Positions 26,430-38,155 of a DNA stretch of 64,000 nt are shown in pieces. Numbering within the stretch: the stretch's first letter is position 1; every line of letters starts with the position of its first letter. A program made the position numbers and the translations under genes. The notes under the pieces were generated by a model that saw only the letters and a program-made list of their open reading frames with translations, did no database searches and was not told the origin of the DNA. Location of the stretch: assembly GCA_964016885.1 (NCBI GenBank), contig OZ024741.1, positions 75,454,001 to 75,518,000 of the forward strand, written 5' to 3'. The DNA is from Eledone cirrhosa (lineage: Eukaryota).

Positions 26430-26615
26430 GTTAACAATGGCTGCATTCAGGCCTTAGGTAAAGAGGCCTGTTAAAGAAATATGAGCTTGGCTGGTCTCTT
26501 TTGGGAATCCATCCGGATCAGTTGGAGATGGCTGCTTCTGACAGGACCAGTTGGAAAGAGTGTTTGAGGACTCTGCCTCCATGATCCTCTCAGGAATAAG
26601 TGGGCAAAGAAGAAG
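26430..26615 (+). mobile_element. old RTE-like (Expander/Rex3-type) 3' end
   Basis: LGIHPDQLEMAASDRTSWKECLRTLPP followed by CAGGAATAAGTGGGCAAAGAAGAAGA, a typical RTE C-terminus and tail. Confidence 0.45.
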
Positions 26616-26738
26616 AGACATGAAATATAAACAAAATTATTATTTGAGGTGAAGGGCTATAAGAATCTTTATTTATTTTAAAACTGAAAAAAAATATACA
26701 TATATACACATACACACATATATACATATATATATAGT

Positions 26739-26802
<64 letters not shown>

Positions 26803-26805
<3 letters not shown>

Positions 26806-27090
26806 CATCATCATTTTGCGTCCACTTTTCCCTGCTTGCAAGGGTGGGATGGGTCCTATTCAGCACAGCATCTCTTCATTTGTCACGGTCCTTTGTCATC
26901 TCCACCATGAGCTTCAGCGATCTGAGGTCTGCTCTCACCACCTTCGCCCATGTTTTTCGTGGTCTTCCTCTACTACGTCTTCCTTCAACTGGCATTTCTT
27001 GGCACTTCTTCACCCATCTGTCATCCTCCATGTGCATCACATGTCCATACCGTTGCAGTCTCCTCTCCCACACACAACAATTTATCCCTC
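26803..27090 (-). mobile_element. RTE lineage C 3' end, with the ORF running directly into the tail
   Basis: ERRLQRYGHVMHMEDDRWVKKC...RGRPRKTW...MTKDRDK*RDAVLNRT is immediately followed by CCCACCCTTGCAAGCAGGGAAAAGTGGACGCAAAA(TGA)n. Confidence 0.85.
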
Positions 27091-27094
27091 TCAG

Positions 27095-27860
27095 ACATAA
27101 ATGAAATCTGAGTTTTTTTAATATTAATAATAACAGTCAATTCGTTTGCAATTATGCAAACACGCCTCATTTTTATAGCAATGTCAGTAGAATGAACTCT
27201 TCATTCTTGCTCTTGTGTTGGCATGTAAACAGAACTGCAGACACTAATATTTCTGGGTATCACCCTTCATTGGTACAGCTCACTGTTCACCTGCCACTTT
27301 CAGAGCTAGTGAAAATATATGCTATTTTCTAAAATATACAGTGACTGATTGGCCTGATTTGCATATTAGCAGACTGGCTGATCTGTCAGATCTGCATATT
27401 AGCAGATCCACTGATCAGCCAGATTTGCATATCAGCAGACTGGCCAGTCAGTATCCTGTATACGAGCGATAAATGGCCGGCTTTGCCAAATTCAAATAAA
27501 AAAAGAAAATGTTCTCTCTACAATGAGGCTTGTTTGCGTAATTGCAAATGAATCGAATGTTATTATTAATATCGATCCCGTAAGGATGAAAGGTTAACTT
27601 TGCCTTTCATCCTTACGGGGTCGATAAAATAAAGTACCAGTAATGTACTGGTTAATTTCTGGCGTTGTGCCAATAGTAGAAACAATTATTAATATTCTAA
27701 AAACTCAGATTACATTTATTGTATTCAGACATGTAGAGCGAAAAATTTCTTTTTTTATTTGAATTTGGCAAAGCCGGCCATTTATCGCCCGTATACAGGA
27801 AACTGACTGGCCAGTCTGCTGATATGCAAATCTGGCTGATCAGTGGATCTGCTAATATAC
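27095..27860. repeat. interleaved inverted repeats (A..B A' B') with a nested, partly inverted Nin-SINE
   Basis: 27095-27172 pairs with 27522-27572 plus 27696-27722. 27397-27521 pairs with 27732-27858. SINE 27573-27684 is flanked by the duplication ATTATTAATAT. Confidence 0.85.
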
Positions 27861-27862
27861 AC

Positions 27863-28280
27863 GGTCACGGTCCTTCGTCATCTCCTCCATGAGTTTCAGC
27901 GATCTGAGATCTGCTCTCACCACCTCTGCCCATGTTCTTTCGTGGTCTACCTCTACTGTGTCTTCCTTCTACTGGGATTTCTTGGCACTTCTTTACCCAG
28001 CAGTCATCCTCCATGCGCATCACATGTCCATACCATCTCAGCCTTCTCTCCTGCACGCCACAACTTTCCCTCTTATACCCAGTTTCTTTCTCAACTCGTC
28101 TATGCTTGGTCATTCACGCACATTGACATTGACATCCAATGGAGCATACTTGCTTCATTTCTCTCCAGCCATCGCATATCATCTGCAGTTGCTTCCCATG
28201 TCTCACTACCATGCAGCATCGCGCATCTCACACAGGCATCATATAAACATCCTTTCATCACAACAGAGGAAGCAGCTCCC
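27863..28280 (-). mobile_element. RTE lineage C fragment (tail missing)
   Basis: VQERRLRWYGHVMRMEDDCWVKKC, homologous to 26880-27075 and extending further 5'. Confidence 0.85.
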
Positions 28281-28453
28281 TAAACTAAATGTATAAATTA
28301 CAATATTACAAATATTACAATATTACAAATACACATATACATATTACAAATACACACACACATATATACATATATACATATACACATACACATATATATA
28401 TACATACACATATATATATATACATATATATATATATACACACACACATAGAT

Positions 28454-28490
<37 letters not shown>

Positions 28491-28568
28491 CATATACATA
28501 CATATACACTTACATACACACACATAGATATATATATATATATACACACATACATACACATATATACA

Positions 28569-28619
<51 letters not shown>

Positions 28620-28897
28620 CATATATATAATTATATATATATATATTAACAGAAAATTGTGATGGAGAATCAAAGCATATTTATCAAATCACATTTATCA
28701 ACATTGTTTATTCTTTGCATAATGTTTCATATAGATGAATAAGCCAAGGTATAATTTCAAAATAGAATGAAAATTCGATCTGAAATTACCAATAAATACA
28801 TATCTACAATATACAATCTACAATCGCCAGAGGAAGCATAAAGCATCTAACAATATAACATCCTACACTCTCCTATGAGTCTGTGATATAATACTTC

Positions 28898-29024
<127 letters not shown>

Positions 29025-29251
29025 TGTGTATATATATATCATCATCATCATCATCGTTGTTTAACGTCCATTTTCCATGATAACATGGGTTAGACGTCTC
29101 GTCCCATTTGAGGTGAATTGGTTCGGGTGAGCATGTCTTACTCATATAGGACTGTTTCTGGCTAGGTTTCTATGGCTGGATGCCCTTCTCCACCAAATAT
29201 TCATCACACAAAATTCTATATAGACTCTAGTCTATTTCCATGTCAGTACAT

Positions 29252-29316
29252 GTTGAGTGAATGTTTCTGATGAAAGATTAACGAATCTTGAAGCAATGCT
29301 GTCTGGCATTCTCAAC
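29252..29316 (+). ncRNA. type I hammerhead-ribozyme-like motif (GAAG instead of GAAA)
   Basis: GTTGAGTGAATGTTT-CTGATGA-AAGATT(aacg)AATCTT-GAAGC-aatgct-GTC-TGGCATTCTCAAC. Stems I and II pair. Confidence 0.55.
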
Positions 29317-30134
29317 CATTCTGGCACCTCTGTGATATATTCATGGGGGAAAATAGAGAAAAATAAATTTATTCAATGAAAAAATATTTTTTTCTTTGAT
29401 AGCGAGGCTACTTATATGTTTGTTGAATATAAACCTATAGTATATACTTATATATGCTTCCATATAAATTCCTAGTGTTCTTAAATGCTGTCTCATTGCT
29501 ACTGCCATGCATATATATGTATATATGTATATGAATATATACATCAGTGTTTGTGTGCATGCATATATATATATATGCATGCACACAAACATATATAAAT
29601 ACATATATATATACGCATGGTTAAAATTCTTGACAGAATTAATTGACCTGCGTGCATATTATTTTATCCTTTTATGTTTTGCGATGACCTCCCCTTCCCG
29701 CTTGGTGACGGTGTGAGATTTCTCTTTGTGAGACTGCTGGAATTTCAAATTTGGCGGTCACTCTAACACTGACGGGTACCATCGCTGAATGTTAATATCG
29801 GTAGGGGTTTTTTTATATCGATATTGTTGGGCATCCACTGATGATTTATAAGTGCCCACCTGCATATATTCCTATAGACTATGTGTAGGCTTCTACATAA
29901 CCTGGACATTATTTTCCCAACTTGTAGAAAACTTATAATGAAACGATCGTTTGGAAAGAGGGATGTATTTAATTATGTCTCATATAAAATAATACAACTG
30001 GCTATCCGCAAAATACGTATAGTTAGCACCCCAAACGCATAATTGGGATTATACTAAGGTATATCCTAATGTTTGTTGAGTGAGACGGAAGTCAGTCGGA
30101 GTATTGCTTAAAGCTTTCTCTGTTAATGTATTAA

Positions 30135-30278
<144 letters not shown>

Positions 30279-31382
30279 TTATTTATTTATAAGGAGAGAG
30301 ATGGAGGAGAGAATGTTAGAGAAAGAGAGAGATAGAGAAACCCATCGTTGCCAATTTTGAATCTAACATAATGGTTGTTTATGATAGGTGGAGAGGGACA
30401 CTATCTTCATCGTTACAGCAAAGTTAATGGCTTCAATGTCACAAATATATTTCCCACTAGATTTATTAAGAAAACGAATTTGTTGCTTGGAAATTTTTTT
30501 TCAACTGGCTTCTAGTTAGTAAATTCATAGTTGACGAGAGAACCATATGTTTTCTTTGGCAGCAAAGGTAACAGAATTTTCAAATGTTATGTTTGATTTT
30601 TACTGTTGCTGGTAGTGATGATGATGGCTTCAGTGATGGGGGACGGTGGCGTTGGGTGCTATTGTTACTGGTTATTTATCTTTAGAAATGGTAATTGTTT
30701 ATACTTCTAGAGCCAAGAACCAAGAAAGTAACACGGAATTTGCATTTGCCAGTTGCTCCAATACCATCTTTATTAAGTATGCTTTAATACAATAGGTGTG
30801 TATCTGTATTCTGTTTTTTTTTTATTTGTGTTTATTTTTGTTTTGTTTTATATTGTGTACCACAGCTGCCTGCCTACCTAACATATCAATGTGTCAAAAC
30901 AGGAACATGTCAAAAAAATATTTACATAAAATTGCAGGCATGGCTGTGTGGTTAAGTAAGGAGCTCATTTTGCAGCCACATAGTTTTGCGTTCAGTTTTA
31001 CAGTGTGGTACCTTGGGCAAGTGGTTTCTATTATAACCTTGGGTTGACCAATGGCCTTGTGTGTAAAATAACAATATTATTAGCCATCACATAACTTAAG
31101 CTATGACTGGTACCCAACAACTTTTATTATAATCTGAACAACTTAAACCTACACCTACTCAACCTAAATGTAAACTTCACATTTTTCACATGCTTAAGAA
31201 ACTCACTCACAGGTTTGTGAAAGAGATTCAATATTGGATTGATATTTCCGTAATTATCGATTTTTTCTTTAAAAAATTCATAAACTCATTTTATACAACT
31301 TTGTTATTGCAATAATTAAGATAAAAATGAACGTGTTTATTAATATCCAATAAATTAATTCCTTGCTCTTCAACCACATATA

Positions 31383-31415
<33 letters not shown>

Positions 31416-31475
31416 ATTTATATATATATGTGAGTGTGTATACATACATATAACTATGTATCTATATATATATAT

Positions 31476-31647
31476 ATAGGAACGAGTAGGACCCCGACGA
31501 CTGAGCTCAAGCCGTTTCGACGGCTAATTCTAGAGTCCAGAATTAGCCGTCGAAACGGCTTGAGCTCAGCCGTCGGGGTCCTACTCGTTCCTATTACCCA
31601 CTCTACTACCCTAAGTATTGAGTACTTAGGGTAGTAGAGTGGGTAAT
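31476..31647. repeat. two abutting near-perfect hairpins (56-bp and 25-bp arms)
   Basis: 31476-31531 / 31539-31594 has one mismatch. 31593-31617 / 31623-31647 is perfect. Confidence 0.97.
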
Positions 31648-34600
31648 CATCATCATTATTTAACGTCTATCTTCCACGCTAGCATGGGTTTAGATGGGAA
31701 TTGTCCCACATGAGGCAAGATTGGTTGTCTTGCTCGTATATAGAACTGTCTGGCTGGTTTTCTATGGCTGGATGCCCTTCCTAACACCAACCAGGTTTAC
31801 AGTGTGGACTGGTTTGTAGCATGTAACCTACACGGCCACATTACAGCGTGGACTGTGTATTTTTTTTTTTTTGTCGTGAGACCTACACGACCTCATTTAT
31901 TTAGGACTGGATGTTGTAGCACCAATATAACTTTACAGAGAAAGCGGTTGTGTAGATGGGGGTGCGGGTAGGGGTAGTGGGACGGGGGTGTATTTTTGGT
32001 TAGGAGGTGCCTACTGACTGTAGGTTTTGCTTTGTACTTAGGCAAGGCGAGTCTTCTGTATTACTGCGTAGCGCCAAAGATCTCGGTCCAGTGACATTGT
32101 CTTGGAGAGCTCTAAGTGTGTAAGGTCGGAATTTAGCAAATCGTCCCAGGTTTTTCTGGGTCTGCCTACTCAGTAGCTTCCATCTGTTTTGATCGCCCTG
32201 CACTTTTTTAAACAGCTGTCATCTTTCATGCGCATCACGTGACCATACCAACGTAGTCATCTCTCAAGTAAACAGCATCTGATCCCTCTTATTCCTAATT
32301 TCTCACTTAGTTCACTTATGCTTTGCCGTTCACGTATATTACTATTACACATCTAATGGAACATGCAAGCTTCGTTCCTCTCCAGTCTGCGCAGATCCTC
32401 TGCACACAATGCCCATGTCTCACTGCCATGTAACATTGCTGTTCGTATACAGGCATCATACAGTCTGCCTTTCATTTTTAGGGAGAAACCTTTAGCGGCC
32501 AATAGTGGTATAAGCTCTCTGAACTTTTTCCATCCTGTTCAGACTCTAGCTACTGTACTTTCCGAGCACCCTCCACCTGTGCTGATTTTGTCACCCAGGT
32601 AACGGAAGGTGTCCACTATTTCTATAGAACCATCTGTGCAATGTAATGAGCTAGTATCCTGTGGGCACTTGCTAGTACTTATTGCACCTGAGCACCGGCC
32701 ACATATAAAATCTATGTTCTTGGTTAGTTTACCTGTGATCCCACTATATCTTATATGCACCCATACTTTGCATTGGTGACATAAGATGGAGTTTCTGCCT
32801 ACTCCTTTCCTACATACTGAACATAGCCATTTCACAGAGAGGACCAGTGCCCTTTTTTTCTTCCTACATACTAGAACTTTACTTTAGTCTTAGACAAGTT
32901 AATTTTAAGGCCTTTTGATTCTAGGCCATGATTCCAAGTTTGGAATTTCTTCTCTAGTTCGGCCATTGATTCAGCTACACGCGTTAGATCATCTGTATAT
33001 AGAAGGTCTCATGGGCAGCCGGTTTTGAACTCCTCTGTTATAGCCTGAAGGGCAATAATAAATAGGAGGGGGCTAAGGACAGAGCCCTGATGAACACTGA
33101 CTTTTACGCTAAATTCTTCACTATATTCGTTGTTAATTCTAACCTTGCTGACTGTTTCTTTATACATGGCTTGTATAGCTCTCATGAGCCATTCATCAAC
33201 ACCTAGTTTTCTAAGAGCCCACCAGATAATGGAGCAGGGGTCTCTGTCAAAGGCTTTCTCCAAGTCAACAAAAGCTAAGTATAGGGGTTTACTTTTAGCT
33301 AGGTACTTCTGTAGTTGTCGTACAAGAAAAAGAGCGACTGTGGTACTTTTACCTGACACAAACCCAAACTGCATTTCATCTAGATCAATTCACTCTCTGA
33401 TTAGTTGCACTATAACTTTTTCTGTGACCTTCATGACCTGGTCAATTAATTTAATGCCTCTATAGTTTCCCCTATCTAGGGCATCTCCTTTACCCTTGTA
33501 GCAGTTAATGATGATGCTGCTACGCCAGTCATTTGGTATGACCCCATTCTGTATGACTTGGTTTACTATCCGGGAGACCATAGTGTGTCCCACCGATCCA
33601 GATACTTTCAGCATTTCAGCAACTATCTCCGAAGGCCCAGCTGCTTTGCCTGTCTTCATATCTTTGATTGCCTTACTTATTATACTACCTTCAACTAGCA
33701 CTGATGGTTCCTCTATTGGATCGATTTGGGGCAGACTATCTTTTTCCCATTTATTCTCATCATTTAGTAGCCTCTCATAGTGACACTTCCAAGCTACCTT
33801 CTTATCAGTATCAGTGACGGCAAGTATACCATCATCATTACGGACACACTTCTCCCCAACAATATCACGATTTTCCTTGACACATTGTCTAGCAATCCTA
33901 AACACTTCACGTTTTTGGTCCTCGTGTTGTAGAACATGCTTGAACTTTCTTTCCTCTGCTTCCCTTCTTGCAAGGTATACTTGTCTCCTAGCTTCCCTCC
34001 TGGCCACTTGATAGTGTTCTCTACTTCCCCCATCCTGTCATACTTTCCAAGCTTGCTTTTCGGACTTAATTGACTCCTCCACCTTACTGTTCCACCACCA
34101 TGTTACTCTCCTCCTGCCTATAGGTCTGCTCCAGCCACAGATTTCATCTATCGCCTTCAGCAGGTTAACTTTCAGGAATTCCCACTGTTCCTCTATACTG
34201 TACGTCTCTAATTGCTCTTCCTTACTGTCAAAAGCATCAAGTAGTATGCTTTTAAATTTCTTACTGGGTGTGGGGTCCTTTAACTTACATATTCTTCTTC
34301 TCAGGGTAGTCCTCCTCTGTTGTCGAGTACGTCTCGTCCTGACTATGAGGTCACTAACTATGAGGCTATGTTGGGAGGTGCATTCTTCGCAGGGGAGGGA
34401 TTTAGTGTTTACAACTGACACTTTGTCTTCTGGTAAGAATATAATCTATCTGATTGGCGTGTTCCCCTGATTTATAGGTGATCAAGTAATTGTCTCGTTT
34501 TTTGAAGTTTGTGTTACAGATAGTTAGGTTATTTGCGTCACAGAATTCCAGAATTCTGAAGCCTTCCTCATTTCTAGTACCAAACCCGTAGCCTCCATGG

Positions 34601-34975
34601 ATTCTGTCATAGCCGTCACAATGTTGTCCAACATGACCATTTAGGTCGCCAACAATAATTATGTAGTCACTGTCGATTAGTTGGGAGGTAGTGAGCATTA
34701 GCGACTCATAGAATCTGTCTTTTATAACGTCAGGCAGTACGGATTAGGGTGCATACGCAGATATTATTGTCACAGTAGTTCTATTTAGGACAAGTCTTAT
34801 TTTGATTATTCTGTCGTTCACTCTATTTACGTCAATTACCGTATGTACCCATTTTTCTGCTAACATAATTCCTACTCCACCCAACCCATTTTCATTTCTC
34901 ACCCAGAAAAGTTTATAGCATCGTTTTTTATCCACAATGAATCTAGCAGACCCACCCCTCCACCTACACAAACTT
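31648..34975 (-). mobile_element. RTE lineage B LINE, longest copy, including most of the APE endonuclease; pseudogenised
   Basis: APE motifs WRGGSAR, GVGIML, IISAYAP, GDLNGHVG, QIDYIL and SQH, then the RT ORFs 33390-34007 and 33009-33374, the Cys-rich insert, the 3' UTR and the (CAT)n tail at 31648. Confidence 0.93.
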
Positions 34976-35206
34976 GTAGAAAGATGAAGCATAGGGGATG
35001 AATGAACAAAAGCATGTATCCTCATCAGCCACCCACTAATCAATACAATTTCATGCATAAAGGTAGAATTGCATAAAATTGAGCTTGGTTGCACAAGGAC
35101 GTGAACAAGCCACTAGAAAGATGCATGAGGTAACCCAACCACATAAAAAATAAGAGGACAAACAATGGAATGTCTTTTGATTGGGGCATAAAAGAAAGTA
35201 AGTTTA

Positions 35207-35620
35207 TAATAATTGTTTCTAGTTTAGGCACAAGGCCAGCAATTACCCAGTACATTACTGGTACTTTATTTTATCGACCTCGTAAGGATGAAAGGCAAAG
35301 TTAACCTCGGCGGGATTTGAACTCAGACTGTAAAGGGACGTAACTATGCTAGAAAGCATGGCGTCCAACCCTCTACCGATACTGCTAATTCACCGTTATA
35401 ATAATGATTTCTACTATAGGCACAAGGCCAACAATTTTGGGGGAGGGGAAAGTCGATTAAATCGATCCCAGTGCATTACTGGTGCTTTATTTTATCAACC
35501 CCATAAGGATGAAAAGCAAAGCTAACCTCAGCGGGATTTGAACTCAGAATGTAAAGGGCTGTAACTCTTTGCTGCAAAGCATGGTGTCCGACGATCTACC
35601 GATTCTGCCAATCTACCACC
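35207..35620 (-). mobile_element. two tandem tRNA-derived Nin-domain SINEs
   Basis: Each has an A box (TAGCAGTATCGG or TGGCAGAATCGG), a B box GAGTTCAAATCC and the block GC(C/T)TTTCATCCTTA..GG(G)T(C/T)GATAAA. TTATAATAAT is duplicated at 35204-35213 and 35396-35405. Confidence 0.85.
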
Positions 35621-35946
35621 CTTAAATAAACATATAATAAAAAGTCTCACAACTGGAAACTCGAAGAGATACAGTGTGGCCAGTTGTGCAAATGGTAATG
35701 AGGAAAATAAAGATTTTCATCATAAAAGTAAGTGTTGAGGAGAGAAGACAAATATGTCTTGTCTCTTTTGAAACAAGTTATTGCAAGAAAAAATAATAGA
35801 AACAAGAAAATTGGGACTAATAGTTGAACATGTATCATCAAGCAGTGCGAAGAGAACAGGAAGAGAGAAACAAGAAAAGAGGCGGAGTGAGAGAGAGAGA
35901 ATGAGAGTTGACATGCTGGTAAGTAAACAGTTAATTAATATACATC

Positions 35947-36016
<70 letters not shown>

Positions 36017-36379
36017 TTAAACAAATAATGAATAAAACAATGAAACAGTTCCTTATATTAAACAAAAAAAGTTCATTATTTAACGATCGTTTCTAGGATA
36101 TATATGTGTTAGAATTGGCATGCATATTCAACAGATCTATGTACAAAATTATACAAAATTATACAAACTATCAAGATTAAATATACATACCAAACACACA
36201 TATACGCCGTCTTCTATGCTGGCAAGCGCTCCAATAGTTAAGAAAACTAGAGCTAAACAATATGTTAAAACGCCATACATACTGAAAAAGTGGTCTAGAA
36301 GGCATTAACCACCTAAGCCAAAAAACAAATCAAGCTAAACAGGTCAAACAAAATAAATGATAAAAACAAATGATATATG

Positions 36380-36536
<157 letters not shown>

Positions 36537-36541
36537 GTATG

Positions 36542-36567
<26 letters not shown>

Positions 36568-36573
<6 letters not shown>

Positions 36574-37830
36574 CTTGGGGAGGGTCATATTTGTGTAATA
36601 TTGCCAGAATTAATAACAGAACGCACACACTGAATAAAAAATGGCGTAGACATACAGCACAACAGGAGGAAAAAATATAACACCACTGACGATGTTGCAG
36701 ATGTGCAACGAAAGATTTATGTAAACTATATATATGTGTTTGTGTCTATATTGTATCTGTATTATTTTTGACCGTAGGGCAGTCAATGGCAACATTGAGG
36801 ACCGATTAAGTTAGATCGCAGATATAAAGGACAGCGAGAAGCGAAAACCAACCAAACAGTGAGTGTGTTCTGTTATTAATTCTGGCAATATTACACAAAT
36901 ATGACCCTCCCCAAGTATAACAATATTTGTTTCGACACACGATTTCATATAAAAAACCTCGCTAAACTAATATATTTATATATATATATATATTGTTATA
37001 CTTGCGGAGGGTCATATTGTTATAATATTGCCAGAAACAATGACAAAACACACTCACTGTTTGGTTTGGGTTGGTTTTCGCTTCTGTATCTTTTATATCT
37101 CCATAGTTAATTTATTTGACAATCAATGTTTATCATTGATTGACCAACGGTTAAAAATATAGATATAAATATATATATATAGCCTATCGAAGTTCTTTCG
37201 TCACACATCTGCGACATCATCAGTGGTACTATTATGTTTCCTCCCTTTGTATTGTAAAGTCTACGCCATTTTTGTTTAATTTATTTACTTATTTCTTCTT
37301 GTCTCTGTGTCTGCGCATGCGTTTGCATGTGTTTAAAGTTTGTTGTGTGTGTTTGCGTTTGAGTGTATGTGTTTTGTTTTCGTATTCTACCTTTGTTCAC
37401 TAGTGTGTTTTTATATGTGTTTGTTATTATTGTACTTGTGTATATATTTATTTATTTATTTATTTATTTATATTTCCCTCAGGTCAGTATTGTGTGTTTG
37501 GGCATGGTTGTTGTTATTCCATTCGTTCCTTCTGTTCAACTTTGGTCTTCTTAGTTCTAACTCCGTTGCTTCCCTGATTTACCTACCTGTTGAGTCATTT
37601 CTATGCTTAGAAGTTATTTTAATTTCTATGTTGTCTATATTAATGTCATGTCTTTGTCTGGTGTGTTCATATAGTAGTGAACCGTTTTTTATTTTTGTCC
37701 TTTTAGTTCCCCACAGTGTACACAAGTTATTATTTCTGTTATTATTTCTGGCAATATTATAACAATATGACCCTCCCCAAGTATAACAATATTTGTTTCG
37801 ACACACGATTTCATATCAAAAACCTTGTAA
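36568..37830. mobile_element. two truncated Penelope-like elements, tail to tail, each with an inverted terminal duplication and a hammerhead core
   Basis: Minus 37690-37520 encodes NGSLLYEHTRQRH...R*IREATELELRRPKLNRRNEW (GIY-YIG C-terminus pattern). A 60-bp block occurs at 36568 (+), 36860 (-), 36995 (+) and 37735 (-). Hammerhead cores lie at 36686-36713 (+) and 37196-37223 (-). Confidence 0.75.
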
Positions 37831-37933
<103 letters not shown>

Positions 37934-38155
37934 ATATATATACATACATATATATATAGAAGTGGTTACAATTGTTTCACCTTAGCGGATCCTCAGCTCG
38001 TACAACTAATTATATACACACACACACACACACATACATACATACACATATATATATATACACACATATACATATATATATATATGTATATGTGTGTGTG
38101 TGTATATATATGTGTATGTATGTATGTGTGTGTGTGTGTGTGTATATAATTAGTT

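Noticed and set aside
28289-28673. ORFs rich in YI, HT or CV dipeptides (also at 6.6-7.1, 30.1, 36.3-36.7, 37.7-38.2, 54.7-55.9 and 58.2 kb)
   Set aside because: They are translations of (TA)n, (CA)n and (TG)n microsatellites, which lack stop codons.
35000-35040. CTGATGAGGAT on the minus strand as a hammerhead core (similar weak cases near 12110 and 18678)
   Set aside because: At 35 kb no GAAA follows the possible stem. In the other two the core is too degenerate to support a call.
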